Source: an uncultured Gemmatimonadales bacterium (GTDB lineage Bacteria; Gemmatimonadota; Gemmatimonadetes; Gemmatimonadales; GWC2-71-9). From it: a stretch of DNA of 64,000 nt. The translations under genes were made by a program, and so were the position numbers. Below the pieces are notes generated by a model, which saw only the letters and a program-made list of their open reading frames with translations, was not told the DNA's origin and searched no databases. The number at the start of each line of letters is the position of its first letter. Within the stretch, counting starts at the first letter, position 1. The DNA is taken from positions 32,001 through 96,000 of the forward strand of contig CAWGSK010000008.1 in NCBI GenBank assembly GCA_963825055.1, written 5' to 3'. Of the stretch, positions 19,977 through 31,523 are shown in pieces.

Positions 19977-20662
19977 GGCAGGTCTTCCGCCGGCTGGTCC
20001 ATCTTGCTGTCGAACACGATGGCGCCGTCCCGGAGCTCGATGGTACGGTAGTTCGTCTGGCGGATGACCTCGAGGTCGTGCGTGGCCATGACCACGCACG
20101 TGCCCCCCGTGTTGATGTCCCGCAGCAGCTGAGTGATCCCCCGGGTGGCCCGCAGGTCCAGGTTGCCGGTCGGCTCATCGGCAATCAGGATGGGCGGGTC
20201 ATTCACCAGCGCGCGCGCGATGGCGACCCGCTGCTGCTCGCCCCCGGAGAGCTCGTGCGGATAGGCCTGGGCCTTGGCCGCGAGCCCGACCTGGGTGAGT
20301 ACCCGGCCGACACGGGCCGGGATGGTGCTCGCCCGGGCGCCAGTCACCTCGAGCGCGAAGGCCACGTTCTCCCTCGCCGTCCGGTCCGGCAACAGGCGGA
20401 AGTCCTGGAACACCACCCCGAGGCGCCGTCGAAGCCGTGCCACCTCACGGGAACGGAGGTCATTGACCGGGAATCCGGACACTTTCACTTCCCCGCTGGT
20501 CGGCCGCTGGTCGGCGTAGATCATCTTGAGCACGGTGCTCTTGCCCGCGCCCGAGTGGCCGGTCAGGAAGACGAATTCGCCTTTGGGGATGTGGAGGGTG
20601 ACGTCCTTCAGGGCGAAGCCGCCCTTGGGATACGACTTGAAGACACTGCTGAAGCGGATCAC
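19973..20662 (-). CDS. ftsE: Cell division ATP-binding protein FtsE
   Basis: [31 protein letters not shown] and ADEPTGNLD. Confidence 0.95.
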   Translation of the reverse strand: MIRFSSVFKSYPKGGFALKDVTLHIPKGEFVFLTGHSGAGKSTVLKMIYADQRPTSGEVKVSGFPVNDLRSREVARLRRRLGVVFQDFRLLPDRTARENVAFALEVTGARASTIPARVGRVLTQVGLAAKAQAYPHELSGGEQQRVAIARALVNDPPILIADEPTGNLDLRATRGITQLLRDINTGGTCVVMATHDLEVIRQTNYRTIELRDGAIVFDSKMDQPAEDLP

Positions 20663-20666
20663 GGAC

Positions 20667-21824
20667 TCAACTGCCTCCCAGCGCCTGCGCGAGGTCGGCG
20701 ATGAGGTCGTCCGCGTCCTCCAGGCCGCAACTCAGGCGGACGAACCCGTCGGGGAACCCCAGTCGGGCGCGTTCGGCGGGCGTGTATGCGGCGTGCGAGG
20801 TCAGGCGGGGCTCGGAGATGAGGCTCTCCACCCCGCCGAGGCTGGTTGCGTGCGTGATCACGCGCAGGCGCCGCAGGAATCGCTCGGCACCCGCCGCACC
20901 GCCACGGATCTGGAGTCCCATCATGCCCCCGAAGCCGTCCAGGCACTCGGCAGCGACGGCGTGGTCCTGGTGATCCGGGAGGCCGGGATAATGCACGGCC
21001 TCGATCTCCGTCTGTGTTGCCGCCCAGGTGGCCACGGCCATGCCGTTGGCGTTGTGCCGCTCCATCCGGACCGGGAGCGTGCGGAGCCCCCGGTCGATCA
21101 GCCATGCGCTGTGCGGATCGAGGGACTGCCCCCAGAGCCGCATGAGGCGCGTCACCTCTTCGATGAACGTGCCCTCGCCGGCCACGGCGCCCGCGATCAC
21201 GTCGCTGTGGCCGTTCAGGTATTTCGTGGCGCTGGTGATGACCACGTCAGCCCCGTGCTCCAGTGGCCTGAAGTTGATCGGGCTTGCGAACGTGCTGTCC
21301 ACCAGGAGAGCCAGCCCCGTCTCCTTCGCCACCTGCGCCACCTTGGCCAGGTCCAGGACGCGGACCAGCGGATTGTTGGGCGTCTCCACGAAAATCGCCC
21401 GGGTGGACTTCCGGAGCGCCTTTCGCCACTGGCGCGGCTCGTCGGGGCTGCAGTAGGTGATATCGATGCCCCAGCGGCTGAGTTCGTCGTCGAAAAGCCG
21501 TCGGGTTCCGCCGTAAATCCAGCTGCTGCTGATCAGGTGGTCGCCGGGACGGAGCACCGCCAGGTGGGCGAGGGCCGTCGCGCCCATGCCGCTCGAGAGG
21601 AAGATCGCGCTCTCGGCGCCCTCGAGCAGCGCATACCGTTCGGCGATCCTGACCTGGTTCGGATTGTTCCCATACCGGGTATAGAGAACTTCCTCGCTGC
21701 TGCCGACGGGGTTGGTGAACGTGCTGCTCTGCACCAGCGCGGGCACCACCGGGCTCCAGTCGGGCTTCCGGTGCGGGGTGCCGTGGATGGCGGTGGTGGA
21801 GAGTCCGTGGGTCCGTCGGCTCAT
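20667..21824 (-). CDS. PLP-dependent trans-sulfuration enzyme (cystathionine gamma-synthase/lyase or Met gamma-lyase family)
   Basis: YTRYGNNP, SSGMGA, ETPNNP, DSTFASP, SATKYLNGHSD and SLGGVESL. Confidence 0.92.
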   Translation of the reverse strand: MSRRTHGLSTTAIHGTPHRKPDWSPVVPALVQSSTFTNPVGSSEEVLYTRYGNNPNQVRIAERYALLEGAESAIFLSSGMGATALAHLAVLRPGDHLISSSWIYGGTRRLFDDELSRWGIDITYCSPDEPRQWRKALRKSTRAIFVETPNNPLVRVLDLAKVAQVAKETGLALLVDSTFASPINFRPLEHGADVVITSATKYLNGHSDVIAGAVAGEGTFIEEVTRLMRLWGQSLDPHSAWLIDRGLRTLPVRMERHNANGMAVATWAATQTEIEAVHYPGLPDHQDHAVAAECLDGFGGMMGLQIRGGAAGAERFLRRLRVITHATSLGGVESLISEPRLTSHAAYTPAERARLGFPDGFVRLSCGLEDADDLIADLAQALGGS

Positions 21825-22363
21825 TGGACCGGGAGAGGGTGGTACACGCCGCTCCGCTCGCGCACGAGGCGGCGGGCCGAGAGGTCCTGGAGGGCGCCTG
21901 CCGCCGTCTCGAACGGCCAGGCCTTGGATCCCGCCAGGCTGCTCAGGGTACAGGGGCCATCGCGGTGAATGTGCTGGAAGGCTTCCCGGGGCTCCCCGGC
22001 GATCGCCCCGAGGAGAAACGGCGGCTCGTCGGGCTCCGCCAGCGCCGCCATCACCAGGTTGTGGTTCCGGAGCACGTGGTCGATTGCCTCGCGATGGTCT
22101 TCGGACAGTCCTATCAGGAGGACGTAATGCTCGCGCTCCGGCGCCCAGTCCAGCAGGAGCTTGGCGACGATTTCGTCGGCGCAGCTGAAGTCGAGAAGGC
22201 CCACCGCGGAGAAGTCGAGCAGGGCGGTGAGGCACCGCGCGCGATCCATCGCGTTCTGTACTCCGTTACGAACCGCCACACCCGTCGGCCGGGTCACGAG
22301 GTCCCGGTACGGAGTGGCAACGGCGTCCTGCAGAATCCGGTCAAGCCGGATGGTGTGGATCAT
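21821..22363 (-). CDS. STAS-like domain protein with possible C-terminal winged helix
   Basis: LLDFSAVGLLDFSCADE resembles the STAS D-S loop; helix-turn-like C-terminus. Confidence 0.6.
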   Translation of the reverse strand: MIHTIRLDRILQDAVATPYRDLVTRPTGVAVRNGVQNAMDRARCLTALLDFSAVGLLDFSCADEIVAKLLLDWAPEREHYVLLIGLSEDHREAIDHVLRNHNLVMAALAEPDEPPFLLGAIAGEPREAFQHIHRDGPCTLSSLAGSKAWPFETAAGALQDLSARRLVRERSGVYHPLPVQ

Positions 22364-22445
22364 CGCGTGATGGAACCCTGGCGCGGGGGGTGGACGGAAC
22401 GGGGACGATTGAAGATAGGGAGAGGAGCGGACGGAGTCGAGGGTG

Positions 22446-22586
22446 GGGTGTCGGGTATGGGGTATCGGGGATCGGGGATCGGGGATCGTTGGTTGTTGAA
22501 TGGTTGAGTCGTTGAGTTGGCAGTCGGCAATCGGCAGTCGGCAATCGTCCGTCCCGACCGCCTTGACCGTCCTGACCGCCCTGTCC
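22446..22586. repeat. Mosaic of short tandem repeats (GGGGATC, GTTGAGT, GGCAGTC/GGCAATC, CTGACCGYC)
   Basis: Consecutive 7-9-mer tandem runs fill the intergenic space. Confidence 0.8.
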
Positions 22587-23482
22587 TATTCCTCCTGCGC
22601 CGGTATCACAATCTGCAGCTGCGAGCCCGGGAAGAAAGGCAGGTGCTCCGACAGCGGCACGTCGTCGTCCCAGGAGGGCACGATCGACAGGCGCGCGGTG
22701 CCGCTTCGGATGGAGATCTTGCCGTCCCACCGGGCGAGGTATCGCTTGATGCCGGCCAGGCCCTGGCCGCGGCCGGGATCGCGGAAGCGGCTGATGCCCT
22801 GGATGAGGGCGCTCTCGAGCGCCGCGCCATCGCCCCAGCGGTCGCCATAGCGCCGGGCCTGGACGCCCTCGAGCGAACGGCGGAATCCGATGCCGGCGTC
22901 GCTCACGGCGATCACCACCACCCGCCGGCCGAGCTTCCGGCGAAATGTGTACGCATGGACGGACACCCAGCCGCTCGTCCCGGCGTGCTCGACGATGTTC
23001 TGGCAGGCCTCGGAGAGGGCCATGGCGAAGCCCATGGTCGCCTTGGCCTCCAGGCGGAGCTCGCCGGCCAGGATCCGCGCCGCACCCTCCTGGATCTTTC
23101 CCACCACGTGATGCACGTCTTCCGCGGCGCGCACCGGCGTCACGTCCAGCAGGACGTCGGACTGTTCCTGGGGGGCCATCTTCGGCACGCGTCCGTGGAT
23201 CTCACAGAGTTCGGCGGCATACCGGAAAAAGCCGGCCTTGGCCCAGTAGCGCCGGACGTCCTCGCTTTTCGGCACGGTGAACAGGGGTTTTTCACCCTGG
23301 TGCTCACCCAGCCACTGCGCGGCGGAGAGCATGCCGATCATGCCATAGGGCGATGCCCACTGGGCGGCGTGCGCGTCAATGAGGACGCGTCCTCCCGCCT
23401 CCACCGCCTTCGAGAAGGACTGGGCGAACGTGTCGAAGCTGCGGTCATCAAAGCTGGAGGGTACCTCCACGACGCGGGTCAT
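22586..23482 (-). CDS. STAS-like + GHKL (HATPase) ATP-binding protein, anti-sigma/kinase-like
   Basis: SEACQNIVEHA (N box), SDAGIG (G1) and GRGQGL (G2). Confidence 0.8.
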   Translation of the reverse strand: MTRVVEVPSSFDDRSFDTFAQSFSKAVEAGGRVLIDAHAAQWASPYGMIGMLSAAQWLGEHQGEKPLFTVPKSEDVRRYWAKAGFFRYAAELCEIHGRVPKMAPQEQSDVLLDVTPVRAAEDVHHVVGKIQEGAARILAGELRLEAKATMGFAMALSEACQNIVEHAGTSGWVSVHAYTFRRKLGRRVVVIAVSDAGIGFRRSLEGVQARRYGDRWGDGAALESALIQGISRFRDPGRGQGLAGIKRYLARWDGKISIRSGTARLSIVPSWDDDVPLSEHLPFFPGSQLQIVIPAQEE

Positions 23483-24426
23483 GCGGTCACCAGTTCGCCG
23501 CGGAGATGCCGGTTGAGCCCGGTTGCGCCGCGGTAGGCGGCGTTCCTGGCCCCGAAAGCATTGGCGTGACGCACGGCGGTCTCGACCGGGTCCCCCGCCA
23601 GCAGCCGGCCGAACAGGGCGGCGCCGAAGACATCGCCGCAACCGGTGGGATCCAGGGCCTCGGCAACCGGCGCCTCGATCCGCGCGGTGCGCACCGGGTC
23701 GCCGCTCCGGCGCACTCGGTCAGCGAGGGTATCGAACCCCGGCGCGGCCACGTAGGCCGTCCCCCGCGGGCCCAGGGTGACCGCGAGCAGGGAGACTCCG
23801 GCGCCCAGCGCCTCCGCGCTCAGTGCCAGCGGGTCGGGCGACAGCTGATGCATCTCGTCCTCGTTCACCTGGACCACGTCGAAGCAGCCGAACCAGTCGG
23901 CCGCGCGAGGGAGGGGTTGCAACCGCCGGATGCCGTCACCCTGCATGGCCAGGAGCAGGCTGTGCAGGTCGGCGTAGATCGGGCCGGCAAAGCCGTGACG
24001 CAGCGCCTGCGCCGTCCCGAGGCACATCTCGAAACCGGAAATGAAGTTCACGTACACCGCGTCGAGGCCCTGGACCATCGGGCCGAGTTCAGCCCAGTTC
24101 CAGCCGGGGACACCGCCTTCCATCCGTTCGCACCGGCGTTCGGTGCGGTCATAGCGGAGCGTGACGCGGTTGTTGGGCACCGGCACCTCGACGCAACGGG
24201 CTCCCGGCGCCAGTCGGCGGAGGCCGCCCAGGAACTCACGGGCACGGTCGGCCAGGTCGCGTCCAACCTTGATGAGGGGGACGATGTTCCAGTCCGGCGG
24301 CAGGGCGGCATCCATCCCCGACAGGGCATAGGCGATGCCCCCCCATTCTTCCACCGGGGGAGTGGCAGGGTCGCGGCCGTAGATGCGATCCCAGACCAGC
24401 GACCCGACGATACCGACCTCAGGCAT
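23479..24426 (-). CDS. PfkB/ribokinase-family carbohydrate kinase
   Basis: QVNEDE, VTLGPRG and DPTGCGDVFG. Confidence 0.85.
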   Translation of the reverse strand: MPEVGIVGSLVWDRIYGRDPATPPVEEWGGIAYALSGMDAALPPDWNIVPLIKVGRDLADRAREFLGGLRRLAPGARCVEVPVPNNRVTLRYDRTERRCERMEGGVPGWNWAELGPMVQGLDAVYVNFISGFEMCLGTAQALRHGFAGPIYADLHSLLLAMQGDGIRRLQPLPRAADWFGCFDVVQVNEDEMHQLSPDPLALSAEALGAGVSLLAVTLGPRGTAYVAAPGFDTLADRVRRSGDPVRTARIEAPVAEALDPTGCGDVFGAALFGRLLAGDPVETAVRHANAFGARNAAYRGATGLNRHLRGELVTA

Positions 24427-25414
24427 GCAGGGCCTCGCGCCCGACGGCGGCACGGTGGTTCAGGAAGGCCCGCGCGGCGCCATAGACCCCGGCCGACTCG
24501 ACCAGCTCGCCCGGCACGACCCGACAGACCTCGACGGCTGGCTTGAAGGCGCGCCGGGAGATCTCGCGGCGCAGTGGCACGAAGAGTCGATCGCCCGCCT
24601 GGGTGACGCCGCCGCAGATCACGACGACCTCTGGATTGAGCACGTTCATAAGGTTTGCCAGCCCGGCGCCGAGGAACTTGGCGGTGTCGCTTACCACCTC
24701 CTGGGCCAGTTCGTCGCCGTCGTTGGCGGCGGCGTACACTGTCTGGGCGGTGATGCGCGAGAGGTTGCCGTCCACGTAGGAAGGAATGGCTGTCTCGTAG
24801 CCGGACTCGATGGCCTCCACCGCGCGCTGCGCGATCGCCGGGCCGCTCGCGTACGCCTCGAGGCAGCCGTAGTTGCCGCACTTGCACAGGCGGCCGGTGG
24901 GGTCGATGGTCGTGTGCCCGATTTCCCCGGCGCAATCGGACGCGCCGTGGAAGAGCCGGCCGTCGATGACGATCCCGCCACCGATGCCAGTACCAATGGT
25001 GATTCCGACGACGATCTGCGCATCGCGCGCGGCGCCGAGCCAGCACTCGCCGAGGACGGCGCAGTTCGCGTCATTGTCAAGCCGGGCCGGCAGCTGGAGG
25101 CCGGCCCGGATACGGTCGCGGAGCGGCATGTTGACCCAGCCGAGGTTCGGGGTCAGCAGGACCACTCCGGTCTTCGTGTCGAGAGGCCCCGGCGCCCCGA
25201 TGCCGACACCGAGGAAGGTGGCTTCCGGGTCCTCGAAGGCGGCCTGCTCCATGGCGCCCCGCGCGAGCGTGATCAGCCGGTGAATGACCGCGTCCGCCCC
25301 CTCCTCCGGGCGGGTGGGTTCGCTCCGCAGGCCGAGCAGCGCCGAGCCGTCCTCGGCGACGCAGCCGACGACCAGGTTCGTGCCTCCGATATCCATTCCG
25401 ACGACGTAGCGCAC
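24419..25414 (-). CDS. ROK-family sugar kinase (glucokinase-like)
   Basis: DIGGT, NDANCA, GTGIGGG, GEIGH and CKCGNYGCLE; AGGAGG RBS before the GTG. Confidence 0.92.
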   Translation of the reverse strand: MRYVVGMDIGGTNLVVGCVAEDGSALLGLRSEPTRPEEGADAVIHRLITLARGAMEQAAFEDPEATFLGVGIGAPGPLDTKTGVVLLTPNLGWVNMPLRDRIRAGLQLPARLDNDANCAVLGECWLGAARDAQIVVGITIGTGIGGGIVIDGRLFHGASDCAGEIGHTTIDPTGRLCKCGNYGCLEAYASGPAIAQRAVEAIESGYETAIPSYVDGNLSRITAQTVYAAANDGDELAQEVVSDTAKFLGAGLANLMNVLNPEVVVICGGVTQAGDRLFVPLRREISRRAFKPAVEVCRVVPGELVESAGVYGAARAFLNHRAAVGREALHA

Positions 25415-25427
25415 GACGGCAAACCTC

Positions 25428-26423
25428 CTATGGTCCCGTGACCTGCTGCTCGAGCGCATCGCGTATTGCGGCGGCCACCGTGGTGGCGTCGAGATCCCGC
25501 ATGCAGCGATGATGGCCGAGCGGGCACACCTCCGGGCCGTGCCGGGAGCAGGGGCGGCAGGACAGCGTGTCAATGCCGAGCATCTGGTCGCCGGGTCCGC
25601 GGGGTCCGAAGCCGAAGGCCGGAACCGTGGGGCCGAACAGCGCCACCACCGGCGTGCCAGCGGCCGTTGCCAGGTGCAGCGGTGCCGAATCGTTGGTGAC
25701 CAGCAGCGCGGCCCGGCCGATCAGCGCCGTCGACGCCCGGAGCGACAGGGCGCCGGCGGCGTTGTGAATGTGGTCCGGTGCCCGGGCAGCGACCCGTTCG
25801 CCCAGGTCCCGGTCGGCCGGCCCCCCGACAACGACGATGTCCCGTTCGAGTGTTGCGGCCAGTCCTTCATAATAGGGCCATCGCTTGGTTCCCCAAATGG
25901 AGCCGGGGGCGATCGCGACGAACCCCGGGGAGACGCCATGCTGGCGGAGCCAGGTATCCGCGGCCTCCCTGTCCTGGTCGGTGGTCACGATGGTGACCGG
26001 CGGGGCCGGGTCGTCGTGCCCTGCGAGGGCGAGCAGGCGTTCCACCTCGTGGCCGGCCTTCGGGCGGGGGATGCTCCGGGTGTACAGCGCCCGGGCGCCG
26101 TCGGCAAAGCCGATGCGCTCCGGGATCCGGGCCAGGAGCGCGACTCCTCCCGTACGCCAGGAGCGGTGGGGAAGCCAGGCCCGCTCGTAGCGGGCGTCCC
26201 GGAGCCGGGCGGCGAGACGGTGGAACCCCCTCCACCCGCGGTCCTCCCCCTGCTTGTCCCACGGGATCACCTGCCGGACGGCAGGATGTGTCTCGAGGAG
26301 CGGCGCCGCGGCCGGCGTCGTGACGACGTCGAGCGGTCCCTCACGCTCCGCCAGCACCGTGAGCAGCGGCGTGGTGAGGACCACGTCGCCGAGGAAGGCC
26401 GTCTGGATGAGGAGGGAGGACAT
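25428..26423 (-). CDS. waaF: LPS heptosyltransferase II (GT9)
   Basis: FLGDVVL, PGSIWGTKRWP, NDSAPLHLA, LFGPT and CRPC...C...CM. Confidence 0.8.
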   Translation of the reverse strand: MSSLLIQTAFLGDVVLTTPLLTVLAEREGPLDVVTTPAAAPLLETHPAVRQVIPWDKQGEDRGWRGFHRLAARLRDARYERAWLPHRSWRTGGVALLARIPERIGFADGARALYTRSIPRPKAGHEVERLLALAGHDDPAPPVTIVTTDQDREAADTWLRQHGVSPGFVAIAPGSIWGTKRWPYYEGLAATLERDIVVVGGPADRDLGERVAARAPDHIHNAAGALSLRASTALIGRAALLVTNDSAPLHLATAAGTPVVALFGPTVPAFGFGPRGPGDQMLGIDTLSCRPCSRHGPEVCPLGHHRCMRDLDATTVAAAIRDALEQQVTGP

Positions 26424-26429
26424 GTGAGA

Positions 26430-26592
26430 GTGACTAGTGACTAGTGACTGGTGACTGGTGACTGGTGACTGGTGATTGGTGATTGGTGATTGGTGACTGG
26501 TGATTGGTGATTGAAATCGGTTACAGGGGTGGTGGATCGCCGCTGGACTTCGCCCCTCTATCCCTAGTCACTAATCACTAGTCACTAGTCAC
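26430..26592. repeat. Inverted heptamer arrays: 12x GTGAYTR and 4x TARTCAC
   Basis: Counted directly: 12 units at 26430-26513 and 4 units at 26565-26592. Confidence 0.92.
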
Positions 26593-26596
26593 TGTC

Positions 26597-28396
<1,800 letters not shown>

Positions 28397-28448
28397 GGGG
28401 GAGAATATAGTGGGGAGAGGGTGGCGCGGAGGGGGTGGCAGGCGGCTT

Positions 28449-28545
28449 GTGGCAAGTGGCGAGTGGCAAGTGGTAGGCGGCCAGCAACAGGCGCTCCGAT
28501 TTCTTCAGTCCTCCTCCACTTGCCACTTGCTACTTCCCACTTGCC
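28449..28545. repeat. Inverted heptamer arrays (GTGGCRA / CCACTTG)
   Basis: 4 forward units from 28449 and 4 reverse units from 28516. Confidence 0.8.
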
Positions 28546-28552
28546 GCCTCCC

Positions 28553-29647
28553 TCACCCGCACTTCACCTCCCCTTCCTCCCATCCCGGCGGAGTCAGGGC
28601 ACCGACCCCCATGGCGCAGGTCAGCCTGAGGTCCGGGTGGGTGGCGACGGCTACCCAGGAGAAACCGGAGTGGAGGTAGATACCCAGGGTGGCGCCGGAG
28701 GTCGGCGAGAGCGCCAGGCTGTCGGCGGTCGAGGCGTACGCCCCGTGGTTGGAGAAATACATCTCCTGCGCCATGAGGATGCTGCGGAGGTCCGCCGCGA
28801 TCGACTCCACCAGTTCCGGGTGGGCGGCAGCCTCGGCCACCGGGTTGTAGGGCGGTGGCGCAACGGTACGGTCCGGTGCAGCCGGCGTGGGGGTTCCCTG
28901 AAGGGCATAGAGGGCGATCCGCTCGACGTCGTCCCGGTCCCGCTCGAGGCCCAGCACCCAGTCCGGTCCGAAGTCCTGGACCTCGAAGCCGGCCGGCAGC
29001 CGGGCGCTCGCGATCGGGTGGCCGTCCACGTGCACGGTCCAGGCGCTGTCGCCGGGGTTCCTCGTCCACAGGCTTCCGCTCGACGTCCACCGCGCCTCGC
29101 GCACCCGGCCAGCCGGTATGTCATCGTCCAGCGCGTCCAGCGCTGTCCGGACCGTCTCCGCGCTCACCGTCGCGGGAGGAAGAGTGGCCCAGGTCTGGCG
29201 GTAGACGAGCACGTTCCCCGGAAACTCCGTCGCGTTACCCGGGAGGAGTGGGGCCGTCCGGATGCCGTCGTTGCTGCGGTCAATCAGGGTCAGACGGCGG
29301 TTGCCGCTGTCGAGCACCTTGAGGGTGTCCTCGTTGCCGGCCAGGAAGAGCCTTCCGGTGTACTCCCCAGGCCCCTTTCCCTGTCGTCCCATGGTCTTGA
29401 GAAAATGTCCGGCGCTGTCGAACCAGCGGAGTTCGTGTGTTCCGGAGTTGGCGAGAAGGATCGTGCCGTCGTCCAGCCGGACAGACGAGGTCACCTGGTC
29501 CAGCTCGGTTGGGCCAGTACCTTCCGCGCCGCCGATGACAAGGGATGGTTCTGAAGCGGTGGACCAGGTCGGCAGTGGGGGAGCGGAAGCGGGCTCGCTG
29601 CCACAGGCGGAGAGGAGGATGATCACGACAGCAGCGAGGTTGCGCAT
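28553..29647 (-). CDS. Lipoprotein with propeller-like N-terminus and pilin-like C-terminal segment
   Basis: Lipobox LSAC; GRQGKGPGEY blade motif; C-terminal DLRSILMAQEMYFSNHGAY. Confidence 0.55.
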   Translation of the reverse strand: MRNLAAVVIILLSACGSEPASAPPLPTWSTASEPSLVIGGAEGTGPTELDQVTSSVRLDDGTILLANSGTHELRWFDSAGHFLKTMGRQGKGPGEYTGRLFLAGNEDTLKVLDSGNRRLTLIDRSNDGIRTAPLLPGNATEFPGNVLVYRQTWATLPPATVSAETVRTALDALDDDIPAGRVREARWTSSGSLWTRNPGDSAWTVHVDGHPIASARLPAGFEVQDFGPDWVLGLERDRDDVERIALYALQGTPTPAAPDRTVAPPPYNPVAEAAAHPELVESIAADLRSILMAQEMYFSNHGAYASTADSLALSPTSGATLGIYLHSGFSWVAVATHPDLRLTCAMGVGALTPPGWEEGEVKCG

Positions 29648-29768
29648 GTTTGCGAGGCCGAGGGTCGAGAGTCGGATGCGTGAAAGTACCGCACTCCGCG
29701 CATCGGATGGCACTGGATGACTGATAAGTCTATTCATGTCCGGCGGATCGGCCAGGGCGCCACCCGTG

Positions 29769-31316
29769 TCAGTGAACGGCGTACACCACCGCCCGACCCA
29801 GCACTTCCCGCAGCGCCGCGGCAAACTCCGCCAGCGTCGCGGGCTTCTTGAGCGTCTTCACGATGCCGGCTCCCTCCAGTCGCTGTTCCGGCAGCTGGGC
29901 CAGGTGGCCGGTCAGCAGGATGACCGGCGCCGTATTGCCGAGGGCGCGGAGCCGCTCGGCAAGCTCGACGCCGGTGGTGCCGGGCATCGAGTAGTCGGTG
30001 ATGATGGCGGAGAAGCTGTTGGGAGATTCGGTGAACCGGGCGAGGGCCTCGTCCGGTCCGTTCGCCGTGGTGACGAGGTAACCGAGGGTCTCCACCCGGC
30101 GGCGCCCGACCCGCACGAGGGAGGGCTCGTCGTCCACGTACAGCAGGCGCTCGCCCTGGCCGGTGGGGAGCGCGTTCGAGAGCGGCGGTGCCTCGTCCTC
30201 GCTGTGCTCCAGCGCGGGGAAGTAGCACCGGACCATGGTGCCTTCCCCCGGTTCACTTTCCACGGACACGGCGCCCTCGTGATCCCGCAGGATCCCGTGG
30301 ACCATGGACAGTCCCAGGCCGCTGCCTTCGCCCGGCCCTTTCGTGGTGAAGAAGGGCTCGAAGGCCCGCTGCCGGGTCCGCTCGTCCATGCCGGCGCCGG
30401 TATCCTGGACCGTCATCACCAGGTACGGGCCCTCGTGGAGCGAGGGGTTGGCCCGGACCGCGCTGTCAGTCATGTAAGCCGGCGTGAGGCCGATGGCCAG
30501 GGTTCCGCCGTCCGCCATGGCGTGGGCGGCGTTCGTGGCGAGGTTCATCAGGACCTGCTCGACCGCGGTGGTGTCCGCCATGACCCGGCTGGCCCCTGAG
30601 GCCAGGTTGACCTCGATGCTGATTTCGGCGGGGAGCGTGGCGCGCAGGAGGCCGGCGGTATCCCGCAGGACCGCCGCCAGGTCGGTGGGAAGCTGGCGGC
30701 TGACCTGGCGCCGGCTGAACCGGAGGATCCGGTCTACCAGCGTCCGCCCGCGGGTGGCCGCGTTGAGGACCTGCTGCAGGTCAGAAACGGCCTGCGGGTT
30801 GTCATCCAGACCGCGTACCACGAGTTCGGTGTATCCGATGATGCCCGCGAGGAGGTTGTTGAAGTCGTGCGCGATGCCACCCGCCAGGGTGCCGATGGCC
30901 TCCATCTTCTGGGCCTGCCGCAGCATTTCCTGCAGGCGGTCCCGCTCCTCCTCCGCAGCCTTCCGCGCGCTGATGTCGACGATGGAGCTGAGGACAAAGA
31001 GGCCCTCATCGGTCCTGACCGGCGTGAGCCCGATCTCGATGGGTACCTCGGTGCCGTCCTTGCGGCGACCATGGAGTTCGCGCCCCACCCCGAGCTTGAG
31101 CGGCTGGGGATCCTGGAGGTAGGCCTCCAGCTGACCGGGGTGCTTGCCATGCATGTTGAGGGGAACGAGCAGGTTTACCGGCTGTCCAATCAGCTCTTGA
31201 CGATCGTAACCGAACAGCCGTTCGACTTCCCGGTTGACGAGAACGATGGTCCCGGAGGCGTCCACCATGACGAGGCCGCTGGGTGAGTGCTCAACCGCAG
31301 CCCGAAGGCGTTCCAC
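29769..31316 (-). CDS. PAS hybrid sensor histidine kinase / response regulator
   Basis: PAS, QKMEAIGTLAGGIAHDFNN, NLATNA, DTGAGM, EPFFTTK, GLGL and C-terminal REC (VDDE, TDYSMP, KP). Confidence 0.93.
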   Translation of the reverse strand: MERLRAAVEHSPSGLVMVDASGTIVLVNREVERLFGYDRQELIGQPVNLLVPLNMHGKHPGQLEAYLQDPQPLKLGVGRELHGRRKDGTEVPIEIGLTPVRTDEGLFVLSSIVDISARKAAEEERDRLQEMLRQAQKMEAIGTLAGGIAHDFNNLLAGIIGYTELVVRGLDDNPQAVSDLQQVLNAATRGRTLVDRILRFSRRQVSRQLPTDLAAVLRDTAGLLRATLPAEISIEVNLASGASRVMADTTAVEQVLMNLATNAAHAMADGGTLAIGLTPAYMTDSAVRANPSLHEGPYLVMTVQDTGAGMDERTRQRAFEPFFTTKGPGEGSGLGLSMVHGILRDHEGAVSVESEPGEGTMVRCYFPALEHSEDEAPPLSNALPTGQGERLLYVDDEPSLVRVGRRRVETLGYLVTTANGPDEALARFTESPNSFSAIITDYSMPGTTGVELAERLRALGNTAPVILLTGHLAQLPEQRLEGAGIVKTLKKPATLAEFAAALREVLGRAVVYAVH

Positions 31317-31432
31317 TGTATCAGGGAAGATTCAGGAGTGAGGCGCCCCGGAGCCGGGGCGCAGGGACCGCTGGCATCGGAGAAATGTGGGGCAGGGAAC
31401 GGGTGCGGGATGTGACGGGGGTCACGGGGGGA

Positions 31433-31523
31433 GGGAGTAGGGAGTAGGGAGTAGGGGGACGAGGTCACGGAGGGACGCCTATTCCCTATTCCCTATTCCC
31501 TACTCCCTGCTCCCCGTTCCCTG
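31433..31523. repeat. Inverted heptamer arrays (GGGAGTA / CCTA(T/C)TC)
   Basis: 3 forward units and about 6 reverse units; the reverse arm overlaps the CMD stop codon. Confidence 0.8.
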
